A DNA stretch of 33,479 bases from the NCBI GenBank assembly GCA_964547085.1, contig CAZJMO010000002.1, positions 345 through 33,823 of the forward strand, in the 5' to 3' direction. The notes under the pieces were generated by a model. The model did no database searches. It was not told the DNA's origin and worked only from the letters and a program-made list of their open reading frames with translations. Position numbers and translations under genes: made by a program. The DNA is from an uncultured Fibrobacteraceae bacterium. Its GTDB lineage: Bacteria; Krumholzibacteriota; Krumholzibacteriia; LZORAL124-64-63. Below, in pieces: positions 9,653 to 16,835 of this stretch (position 1 is the stretch's first letter; each line of letters begins with the position of its first letter).

Positions 9653-9677
9653 GGTCGGCGGCCCGAGACCGCCGACC
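9653..9677 (+). terminator. Stem-loop after the small ORF (possible terminator)
   Basis: A perfect 9-bp stem GGTCGGCGG / CCGCCGACC has a 7-nt loop. Only a weak T-tract (TGTTTG) lies downstream. Confidence 0.35.
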
Positions 9678-9727
9678 AGCGACGTGTTTGATCTGCGATC
9701 CACCAACTCGCCAGGGGATGCAGATGA

Positions 9728-12700
9728 ATGGCTGATTTCGAAGGGTTTGACAGGGCGCCCCGTGGCCCCGACAGCATCCAGGGTTCCGACCTGGTCCAGG
9801 AGCTTGAGCGCCTGGAAGCGGTCGGCGATCTTCATTTCCATGCTGCGGCCTACACGACTGCCCTGGACTACTACGATCGCATCTTACCGGAGGAAGCACT
9901 GGCCCTCCTGGCGCCGGCGCATGCGTTGCAGGTGTTGCGCCACGCGCTGACCGCGTGTCTGCATCTCGGTTGGGCCGACCGTGCCGACCAGATGTTCGGT
10001 CGTGCCCGGACCTTCCTGGAGCACGCCGGCGATCTGGATTCCGAGGTCCGCGACTGCGAGCGTGCGCGATTCCAGGTTCGCCTCGCTGCTCTGCGCATGT
10101 TGCGCGGCGACTACCTGGCGGCCCTCGAGACGGCCAAACGGGCCTTCACTTTCCTGGCGCTGACCGACCAGCATGTCGAGGTCGCCAACCTCCAGCTCAC
10201 CATGGGAGCCTGCCACCAGCGTCTGGGACGCCTGGACAAGGCCGAGGAATTCTATCTGGACAGCCTCAGCACCTACCGCCGGGTCGAGGACGAGGCCGGC
10301 GTCGCGACGCTCTACAACGCGCTCGCCATGCTGCACAAGGCAGGCTGCCGCTGGGACAAGGCGCTGTCGCTGCTCGACAAGGCGATCGACCTCGCCGAGC
10401 GGAACGGCGCGCCGCAGCTCCTGTCCTGGTTCCATCTGAACCAGGGCATCATCATGACCAAGGTCAGCCGGTTCGCCGAGGCCCGCCTCGCGCTGGAACG
10501 GAGCCTGCGCCTCTGCAAGAGTCTCGGCGACCGTATTCGTGAACCGAAGGTTTTGCTCGCTCTGGGGCGCCTGGACATGCTGACCGGGCGGCTGGCCCGG
10601 GCCGAGGAGAACATCCTTGCCAGCCAGGTGCTGACCGCGCGGGAGCGCATGAAGCGTGAGGCCGTGATCGCCGACGAGTATCTCGGAGATGTGATGCTCG
10701 CGCGCGGTGACTGGGAAACGGCGCTGGCCAGCTACGAGATGGGACTGGAGCAGACGCGGTCGATCGGTCGGCCCAGCGATGTGGAGGGCGAGTTGCTGAG
10801 ACGTCGGGCGGAGGCCCGGCGAAGGGCCGGCGATCTTTCGGAGGCCGTGGCCGACGCGCACGCCGCCGTCGCGGTCTGCGAAACGTGCAGTGAGGACTAC
10901 GAACTGGGCTTCTGCCACCTGACGCTGGGCGAGGCCTACGCCGCCAGCGAGGACTGGTCACAGGCAGATCACCACTTCCGCGAGGCCGTGGACAAATTCC
11001 AGTCCCAGAACCTCCTTCGTGAGTGGTGCGACGCGGTCTGCACGTTCATGGAAGTGCGTCTGGCGTCGGCCGACAAGCCGATGCTCCTGCTGCTGCGGCG
11101 GCTTTTGCTCGACGTCCAGGACCATGCGGCGGCCAGCGTGAGCGACGAGTCTCTCGCATCTTGCCTGTCGGGGCTGGCCAGGGTGCAGCTTCGTCTCGGG
11201 CTTTGCGACGACGCGCTGCTGACCGTGTTCGAACTCGAACGCGTCGCCCGTGGACTCGAGGACGACGCGCGGTTGCGGGATGTGGCTGGATTACGCCATC
11301 TCGTCGACGCGGGGCTCGTTGGTAGCCTGGACCTGGCGGAATCGCCGGTCCGCGCCATCACCGGGATTCCCGGCCTTTTCCGCTCCAACGACGCCAGTCT
11401 GACCCGCCATCTGGACGCGGTGCTGATGGCGACCTGTGAGCGTGCCCACGCCAACTGCGGGTTCATCGCGCTCGGGGATCCGGCGACGGCCGATCCGGTG
11501 GACATCGCCGCGCGCCAGGACGTGAGCGAGAACCTCGCGGATCAGCTTGTGCAGTGGTATGCCGGCCGCGCCGAAGATCGCTTGGCGCCGCTGTTCTACA
11601 GCCGACTCGGCGAACAAGCCCCGCTTTTCGACCAGGTTCCGGCGCTTCGGGGTCGGGCTGATGGTTGTCTCTTCATGCCGCTGACTGTGCATTCGCGTCG
11701 ACTCGGCGTGTTGTTCCTCGGGATCTCCAGCGACGATTCCGCGGGATCCGTGGTCGACCAGTCCACACTGGACTTCCTGGCCAACTATCTGGGATTCCTG
11801 TCCTTGTTCCTGGCCGAGAAAGCACCGGGCGCGTCGCGGGCGCTGGATGTCATGCCGGACAATGAGGGCTTCGGCAACATCATCACCTGCAACGAGGGCA
11901 TGCTCGAGATGCTTGCGCTCGTACGCAAGGTCGCCAGTAGCGATCTGACCGTGCTGCTCCGCGGCGAAACAGGCACCGGCAAGGGCATGATCGCCTATGC
12001 CCTGCACCGCCTCAGCCCGCGTGCCGAAGGGCGTTTCCAGTCGATCAACTGCGCCGCGATCCCTGAAACACTGCTCGAGAGCGAACTCTTCGGTCACGTC
12101 AAGGGCTCTTTCACCGGCGCCGACAGCGACAAGAAGGGGCTGCTGCTCGAGGCCGAGGGCGGCACGGTCTTCCTCGACGAGATCGGGAAGATGCCGCTCG
12201 CGATGCAGGGCAAGCTCCTGCACTTCCTGGATACCCGTGTGGTGCGCCCGGTCGGCTCGGCGCAGGAACGTCATGTGGATGTGCGGATCGTCTGCGCCAG
12301 CAAGGCGGACCTGAACAGCCTCGTACAGGGCGACCGCTTCCTGGAGGATCTCTACTTCCGCCTCCTCGATTTCCCGCTCGTCGTGCCGCCTCTGCGGGAC
12401 CGCGCCGACGATATCCCGTTGCTGGCCCACCATTTCCTGCAGAAGTACGGTGACGAGTTGGGTGGCCACGTCCCCGAACTGGAGTCGGATGTGCTGGACG
12501 CGCTCGTCCAATACGATTGGCCGGGCAATATCCGGGAACTCGAAAAGTGCTTGAAACGGGGCCTCGTGCTCGCGCAAGGCGAGGACCGGCTGCGCCCCGA
12601 ACACCTACCGCGGGAACTGACCCCCTACTTGGCGGCCAGCGATCGCCGGGGTGTCACGCCGTTGCGCGAGACTCTGGCGGCCGTCGAGTCCCGCGAGATC

Positions 12701-12808
12701 ACGCAGGCGCTCAAGGTCTGCCGGGGCAACAAATCCGCCGCGGGCCGGATGCTGCAGATCAGTTATCCGAGTTTGCTCAAGAAGATCAAGCTCTACGGGC
12801 TGACCTGA
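9728..12808 (+). CDS. Large sigma-54 enhancer-binding protein: N-terminal TPR repeats + GAF-like domain + AAA+ + Fis-type HTH
   Basis: The first ~450 aa are TPR-like repeats (e.g. [32 protein letters not shown]). The GAF-like block is CGFIALGD...[19 protein letters not shown]. The AAA+ module has Walker A GETGTGKG and the loop variant GSFTGA ([11 protein letters not shown]). The C-terminal HTH is [20 protein letters not shown]. Confidence 0.85.
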   Translation: MADFEGFDRAPRGPDSIQGSDLVQELERLEAVGDLHFHAAAYTTALDYYDRILPEEALALLAPAHALQVLRHALTACLHLGWADRADQMFGRARTFLEHAGDLDSEVRDCERARFQVRLAALRMLRGDYLAALETAKRAFTFLALTDQHVEVANLQLTMGACHQRLGRLDKAEEFYLDSLSTYRRVEDEAGVATLYNALAMLHKAGCRWDKALSLLDKAIDLAERNGAPQLLSWFHLNQGIIMTKVSRFAEARLALERSLRLCKSLGDRIREPKVLLALGRLDMLTGRLARAEENILASQVLTARERMKREAVIADEYLGDVMLARGDWETALASYEMGLEQTRSIGRPSDVEGELLRRRAEARRRAGDLSEAVADAHAAVAVCETCSEDYELGFCHLTLGEAYAASEDWSQADHHFREAVDKFQSQNLLREWCDAVCTFMEVRLASADKPMLLLLRRLLLDVQDHAAASVSDESLASCLSGLARVQLRLGLCDDALLTVFELERVARGLEDDARLRDVAGLRHLVDAGLVGSLDLAESPVRAITGIPGLFRSNDASLTRHLDAVLMATCERAHANCGFIALGDPATADPVDIAARQDVSENLADQLVQWYAGRAEDRLAPLFYSRLGEQAPLFDQVPALRGRADGCLFMPLTVHSRRLGVLFLGISSDDSAGSVVDQSTLDFLANYLGFLSLFLAEKAPGASRALDVMPDNEGFGNIITCNEGMLEMLALVRKVASSDLTVLLRGETGTGKGMIAYALHRLSPRAEGRFQSINCAAIPETLLESELFGHVKGSFTGADSDKKGLLLEAEGGTVFLDEIGKMPLAMQGKLLHFLDTRVVRPVGSAQERHVDVRIVCASKADLNSLVQGDRFLEDLYFRLLDFPLVVPPLRDRADDIPLLAHHFLQKYGDELGGHVPELESDVLDALVQYDWPGNIRELEKCLKRGLVLAQGEDRLRPEHLPRELTPYLAASDRRGVTPLRETLAAVESREITQALKVCRGNKSAAGRMLQISYPSLLKKIKLYGLT

Positions 12809-12835
12809 TCGACGTAAGGAACGCGGATCGAGTAG

Positions 12836-12864
12836 GACCGGGCAATGATGTCCGGTCTTTTCTT
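12836..12864 (+). terminator. Intrinsic terminator of the TPR-GAF EBP gene
   Basis: The stem is GACCGG (12836-12841) / CCGGTC (12852-12857). It is followed directly by TTTTCTT. Confidence 0.55.
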
Positions 12865-13162
12865 GTCGTCCCGAAGGTTGCATGAGGTGTCGCGCTCTCT
12901 TGGAAGCCGAATTCGGTGGGCCAACAATGTTCCGGGCACGACTGAAGGTACGAACAATCAGGTGATATTGCGGCGATCGGCCAATGATCGTGGAAAATGT
13001 ATTTACACCGCAATCAATTGCAAAACAAGCTGTTAGGCGGGTTCCTGGAAAACTATAAAGATAGTTTACAGAACGTCGTTCCGCGTCGGTTTGAGGCCTG
13101 GCCGAGGATTTGTAACGCGTTGTGCACCAACGAGTTATTTTCACCTCGGGCTGCGCCGATAT

Positions 13163-13178
13163 CGGCACGGATGATGCA
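13163..13178 (+). promoter_or_regulatory. Candidate sigma-54 (-24/-12) promoter P1
   Basis: cGGCACGgatgaTGCA has GG at 13164-13165 and GC at 13176-13177, which is the canonical 12-nt offset. It fits the TGGCACG-N4-TTGCW consensus apart from two T positions. Confidence 0.45.
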
Positions 13179-13189
13179 GTATGAGCCCA

Positions 13190-13501
13190 TGAAGCGGTGA
13201 GTTGCAGGGAACGAACCCTTCATGTTTGAAATGGTCGTGGCTTGGGGGTACGGAACTGACCCTTGGGCTGACCGGCAAAAACCGAGGGAGTCTTCCACGG
13301 ATAGGCTCGTGGCGGTTCCGGTTAAAGAGGTGGGGTCTTTACCGGACACCGGATGCGAGAGAGGGAAGACGGCGGTTTCGGCCTCCAGTCGCGATCGAAA
13401 TCTCCTGAAGCACGTTTGGTGCGAGAGAGTCCCTCTGGTCTTGAATTGGCGAGATTCAAGCCCAGGATGCCAACTCGGTGGCGGGGCTCTCTCACTTTTT
13501 T
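13190..13501 (+). ncRNA. Candidate ~310-nt structured non-coding RNA (P1 to the T-run); family not recognised
   Basis: It lies in a lower-GC spacer with no convincing ORF or RBS. It is bounded by the P1 -24/-12 element and by a multi-helix 3' domain plus T6. Hairpins seen by eye include CCACG/CGTGG (about 13305-13322) and CTGGTCTTGAAT/ATTCAAGCCCAG (13435-13465). The 5' end is inferred only. Confidence 0.3.
13423..13501 (+). terminator. Compound helix plus T-run (putative 3' end or terminator)
   Basis: An 11-bp closing helix GAGAGAGTCCC (13423-13433) / GGGGCTCTCTC (13483-13493) contains one G-U. It encloses a 12-bp hairpin (one mismatch) and a 4-bp hairpin. AC and TTTTTT (13496-13501) follow. 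Confidence 0.4.
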
Positions 13502-13565
13502 ATGCCGTCGTAACAGACTCGGAGTATGTTTTCCCAGCCCGTTGACGAAGCGTCAGTCGTAGGTG

Positions 13566-13575
13566 ATTCCCGAAA
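13566..13575 (+). promoter_or_regulatory. Repeat motif copy 1: ATTCCCGAAA (candidate regulator site or UAS)
   Basis: The exact 9-mer TTCCCGAAA lies ~185 bp upstream of the P2 -24 element. Confidence 0.4.
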
Positions 13576-13635
13576 CACATTCTCCTAGGCACAACAGTCT
13601 CCAAACGGGGACGGTGTCCTCCTACTCACACAGGT

Positions 13636-13645
13636 ATTCCCGAAA
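13636..13645 (+). promoter_or_regulatory. Repeat motif copy 2: ATTCCCGAAA (candidate regulator site or UAS)
   Basis: The exact 9-mer TTCCCGAAA lies 70 bp downstream of copy 1 and ~115 bp upstream of P2. Both copies share the AGGT(G)ATTCCCGAAA context. Confidence 0.4.
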
Positions 13646-13751
13646 TCGACCCGTCATTATGCGGCGTTCCTGCCGTGTAGGACACGCCCGAGCGCTCGTT
13701 GATACAGCATGTTACGCCATTTTCTGGTTTCCCTGGTCGGCCCGTGTGTGT

Positions 13752-13767
13752 TGGCACGATGCGTGCG
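13752..13767 (+). promoter_or_regulatory. Candidate sigma-54 (-24/-12) promoter P2 for the lipoprotein operon
   Basis: TGGCACGatgcgTGCg has GG at 13753-13754 and GC at 13765-13766, a 12-nt offset. It lies ~45 nt upstream of the ATG at 13812. Confidence 0.55.
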
Positions 13768-13811
13768 ATGAACGGCATACGTAGGACGAACCCGGGTGGG
13801 AAGGAGCGACG

Positions 13812-14801
13812 ATGAAGGCGAAGACGCGACACGAAACGGTGACAGGGGTGGTGATCGGCTTGCTGACACTCCTTCTGCTGCTTCTGGCCACTGGATGCGA
13901 CGAGGAAGAAGATTGCGTCACGTGTGTCGAGGCTCCGCCGGTGGCTCCGACCCAGGTCTACTCCGTGAGTGGGGACGGTCGGATCACGGTTTTCTGGAAC
14001 GACTACCCCGAAATCTACGGCGACGATGTCCGTGGCTACCGGATCTGGAGCCGGTATTTCGTGGATGGCGACCAGAACGATCCCGCCCGGGAGTTCTACC
14101 TCATGGACGAGGTGGCCGTCGGCCAGAATTACGATGCCGACACGGGGCAGTACTACTACATCGACACCGATGTCGAGAACGCCGTGGACTATGAATATGC
14201 CGTCAGCGCGTTCTCCGATCATGGCGACAGCTATCTGAGCTTCGAGTTCGTGGTGGACACGCCGCTGCCCATGAGCGAGACCCCGCTCACACTTTTCGAT
14301 GTCGCTGGCCCTGCCGCCCAACTCTCCGGTTTCGATTTCAGCGTTGCCAGCGAGCACGGGGGCGGGAGCGGCAACGGATCCGAAGGCATCGTGGATCCGC
14401 GGGCCGTGGGCACCACGGCGGATATCCAGATCCGTTTCGACGAGAACGGCGTGCCGTGGCTCGAGACGCTCCGCGGCGAAGTCCACGTGCAGGACTCCGG
14501 GACCTTCCTCGACGCCGACGGCGGACTGTACTTCGAGGGCGTCTCGTGGGCGCCGGAGTTCGGCTGGTCGTCGAGCGGCGTCCTGGAAATGATCCGCGGA
14601 CACATCTACGTCGTCGAGATCTACGACGAACTCGTGGACGACGACATCCACTACGCCAAGTTGGGCGTCACGAACATCGACGCGTCCGCCGGTACGGTCA
14701 GGATCATGTGGGCGTATCAACTCGTCAACGGTCTGCCCGAACTGTCGCCTCCCGAGGCGCGCGGAGGCGACAACGACGATATCCAGGCCATCCGGCTCTA
14801 G
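13812..14801 (+). CDS. Hypothetical lipoprotein with FN3-like domain
   Basis: The RBS GGGAAGGAG lies upstream. The signal peptide has a lipobox-like LLLLATG|C. An FN3-like segment (VYSVSGDGRITVFWNDYP...GYRIWSRY...YYYIDTDVENAVDYEYAVSAF) is followed by an unassigned beta-rich domain. Confidence 0.7.
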   Translation: MKAKTRHETVTGVVIGLLTLLLLLLATGCDEEEDCVTCVEAPPVAPTQVYSVSGDGRITVFWNDYPEIYGDDVRGYRIWSRYFVDGDQNDPAREFYLMDEVAVGQNYDADTGQYYYIDTDVENAVDYEYAVSAFSDHGDSYLSFEFVVDTPLPMSETPLTLFDVAGPAAQLSGFDFSVASEHGGGSGNGSEGIVDPRAVGTTADIQIRFDENGVPWLETLRGEVHVQDSGTFLDADGGLYFEGVSWAPEFGWSSSGVLEMIRGHIYVVEIYDELVDDDIHYAKLGVTNIDASAGTVRIMWAYQLVNGLPELSPPEARGGDNDDIQAIRL

Positions 14802-14839
14802 CGGCGGCCTGAAGTTACCCGATCACGAGGAGGAAGGCC

Positions 14840-16531
14840 ATGGACACCATCAACAGGCGCACGAGGACCGCTCCGGTGTTTGCGTCCGTCCTGGCTGTGT
14901 GGGCCTTTCTGACCCTGGTTTCCGGTGCCATGGCTCAGGTGCCGGCGGAAACTCAGCCGAACGCAGTCGACCATTACCGGGATCAGAGCCTGCGCGTGAG
15001 CCTCTGGCTCAACAAGGACGCCGACCAGATCTTCAAGCGCGGCGAGCAGTTGCAGGTGACGTTCCAAACCAACGAGGACGCCTACGCCGTTCTCTACCGC
15101 ATCGACGTGGAGGGCCGGGTCGATATCCTCTGGCCGACGAGCCGATACAGCGACGGGTTCGTCTTCGGCGGGCACCAGTACCGCCTGCCGTCGACAGAAG
15201 GGCCGAAGCTCCGGATCGGCGACGGCGAGGGCATGGGTTACGTCCAGGCCGTTGTGTCGCGTTATCCCTTCGACCTGCGCGATCTCGAGGTCGACTTCCA
15301 TCACGAGAATGATCAGGGCGAGTTCGGGTTCTACGTCGCGGGGGATCCGTTCCTGGCGATGAACGAGGTCAACTACGCGGTGACCGGTCTCGAGGACGCC
15401 AGCGAGATGGTGGTGACCAACTACGTCAACTACTACGTGCATCGGAAGGTCGATCACCCGCGGTTCCTCTGTTACCAGTGCCACGACGACGCCGACGGTT
15501 ACCAGCCCTACAGCGACACCTGCACCGTGGAGATCCATTACGACCACGGCTGGCAGAACGACTGGTGGGTCAGCTACGGCTTCTACCCGGCCTACTACTA
15601 CCCGACGTACTACTACATCGATCCCTGGACGCGCGCGCGCTGGGTGAACTACTGGTACGACCCCTGGTACAGTTGGCCGTCCGTCTACTCGCACAGGTGG
15701 GATTACCAGTGCTACGACTGGCACCATTCGCCCCACTGGCGTCAAGACAGCTACACCGCCTACAAGCACGGGAATCGTCGTTACCGTCCGCTGGACAAGG
15801 ACTCGCTGATTCGTTCGCGGACCGTGCTCACGACGCGCTCCAAGAATGTCCTGGTCACCGGTAAGAGTCCCGGGGACGAGCGGATCCGCCGGATGAAGGA
15901 CCGCGAGGTGACCAGCCGGACCGACGACCGGACGCGGGACGGCAGCACCACCGCCCTGGACAGGACCAGGATTCCGGCCGGCGGCACCGCCCTGCGCAAC
16001 GTCTCGCCGGTGACGCGTTCGCAGACCCGCTTCGAGCAGAACAACCGGATCCGCACCTCGCCCGGTCTGCGCGTGCCGGGTTCGGGCGAGACCGACGGCG
16101 GGGTGTCTCGGACATCGCAGTCACGATTGCGGACCGGGACCGTTCGCAGCGGATCCTCCGGCACGACCACGCGGACCGAAAGCCGACGATCGGCGGACAG
16201 TCGCGAGACCATCAAGCCGGTGGAGTCCCGACGTGATCAAGGACGCGTCTGGACCAACCGGCGCAGTTCCAGTTCGGCGAACACGAGGCAGTCGACATCG
16301 CCGACGAGGACGGTAAAGCCGGTTTCCCGCAATTCGCGGTCGTCCGGCAGCAGTTCCGGAGAGTCGTCGGGAGGCACCTCGGTGCAGCGCCCGACCAAGA
16401 CGCCGCAACAGATCAAGCAGACGACGCCCGCTCGGTCGGGCAGCAGCACGAGCAGCAAGAGCGGTGAGAGCGGCAAGAGCAGCGGGACCTCGAGCAGTCG
16501 AGGCACCAAGAGCTCGGGAGGTCGTCGCTAG
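14840..16531 (+). CDS. Secreted DUF4384-domain protein with Trp/Tyr-rich block and long Arg/Ser/Thr-rich tail
   Basis: The RBS is GAGGAGGAAGG and the signal peptide is ...FLTLVSGAMAQ. The DUF4384-like core is LRVSLWLNKDADQIFKRGEQLQVTFQTNEDAYAVLYRIDVEGRVDILWP. The frame keeps high GC3 through the low-complexity tail. Confidence 0.7.
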   Translation: MDTINRRTRTAPVFASVLAVWAFLTLVSGAMAQVPAETQPNAVDHYRDQSLRVSLWLNKDADQIFKRGEQLQVTFQTNEDAYAVLYRIDVEGRVDILWPTSRYSDGFVFGGHQYRLPSTEGPKLRIGDGEGMGYVQAVVSRYPFDLRDLEVDFHHENDQGEFGFYVAGDPFLAMNEVNYAVTGLEDASEMVVTNYVNYYVHRKVDHPRFLCYQCHDDADGYQPYSDTCTVEIHYDHGWQNDWWVSYGFYPAYYYPTYYYIDPWTRARWVNYWYDPWYSWPSVYSHRWDYQCYDWHHSPHWRQDSYTAYKHGNRRYRPLDKDSLIRSRTVLTTRSKNVLVTGKSPGDERIRRMKDREVTSRTDDRTRDGSTTALDRTRIPAGGTALRNVSPVTRSQTRFEQNNRIRTSPGLRVPGSGETDGGVSRTSQSRLRTGTVRSGSSGTTTRTESRRSADSRETIKPVESRRDQGRVWTNRRSSSSANTRQSTSPTRTVKPVSRNSRSSGSSSGESSGGTSVQRPTKTPQQIKQTTPARSGSSTSSKSGESGKSSGTSSSRGTKSSGGRR

Positions 16532-16662
16532 GACATCGATGTGTGTTGGAGGCTTTTCCCCCCATCTTCCTGGTCGGAAGGGACGTTCCGGATCCTCGCG
16601 AAGGTTGGCACCAGAGGACGGGTGAAGGAAGGGAACAGAAGGCCGGGGGCCCTCAACACGAC

Positions 16663-16727
16663 GGAAGGGTCTCGGACAAATATTGTTGTCGATCAGGGGT
16701 GGCAATAACAGCGTCCGGGACCCTTCC
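16663..16727 (+). repeat. Long inverted repeat or stem-loop in the DUF4384 / M6-like intergenic region
   Basis: GGAAGGGTCTCGGAC (16663-16677) pairs with GTCCGGGACCCTTCC (16713-16727) at 15 positions, one being T/G. The ~35-nt loop contains a further 5-bp helix TATTG/CAATA. Confidence 0.6.
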
Positions 16728-16733
16728 CGAAAT
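16724..16733 (+). promoter_or_regulatory. Repeat motif copy 3: TTCCCGAAAT
   Basis: The exact 9-mer TTCCCGAAA overlaps the 3' arm of the inverted repeat. It lies ~26 bp upstream of the candidate -35 at 16759. Confidence 0.4.
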
Positions 16734-16758
16734 CACCGGCCGGCGACGGGGTCACAAA

Positions 16759-16787
16759 TTGACCCCGGACCTGGCCGCAGCTATGAT
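16759..16787 (+). promoter_or_regulatory. Candidate sigma-70-type promoter (TTGACC-17 nt-TATGAT) for the M6-like gene
   Basis: The -35 is at 16759-16764 and the -10 at 16782-16787, with a 17-nt spacer. It lies ~50 nt upstream of the ATG at 16836. Confidence 0.4.
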
Positions 16788-16835
16788 ACGCGGCGTTCGC
16801 GTCCACTCTCTCGTCCTATCCGGAAGGTCGCAAGA

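Noticed and set aside
13441-13465. A tRNA-like T-loop was suggested by the resemblance of GAGATTCAAGCCC.
   Set aside because: The flanking sequence forms a 12-bp hairpin with a TGGCGAG loop, not a 5-bp T-stem with a TTCRANY loop. No acceptor, D or anticodon arms are discernible.
12845-13545. Small ORFs lie in the lower-GC spacer: 12845..13036, 12997..13200, 13202..13408 and 13222..13545 on +, and 13053..13349 on -.
   Set aside because: None has a convincing Shine-Dalgarno sequence or protein-like composition or periodicity. ORF 13222..13545 runs through the helix plus T-run. The region is better explained as regulatory or non-coding RNA.
12865-13600. Many 6-bp palindromes that resemble restriction sites occur here (GAATTC, CGATCG, CAATTG, ACGCGT, GTGCAC, GATATC, CCTAGG). 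Multiple GGA motifs in the spacer also suggested a CsrA/RsmA-type sponge.
   Set aside because: About one in 64 positions is a palindromic hexamer by chance, which gives ~15 per kb. GGA is expected about 5 times per 300 nt. The observed counts are not clearly above expectation, and the GGA motifs are not consistently in hairpin loops.
16605-16620. TGGCAC occurs in the DUF4384 / M6-like spacer (TTGGCACCAGAGGACG).
   Set aside because: No GC dinucleotide sits at the required 12-nt offset from the GG, so it is not a credible -24/-12 promoter.
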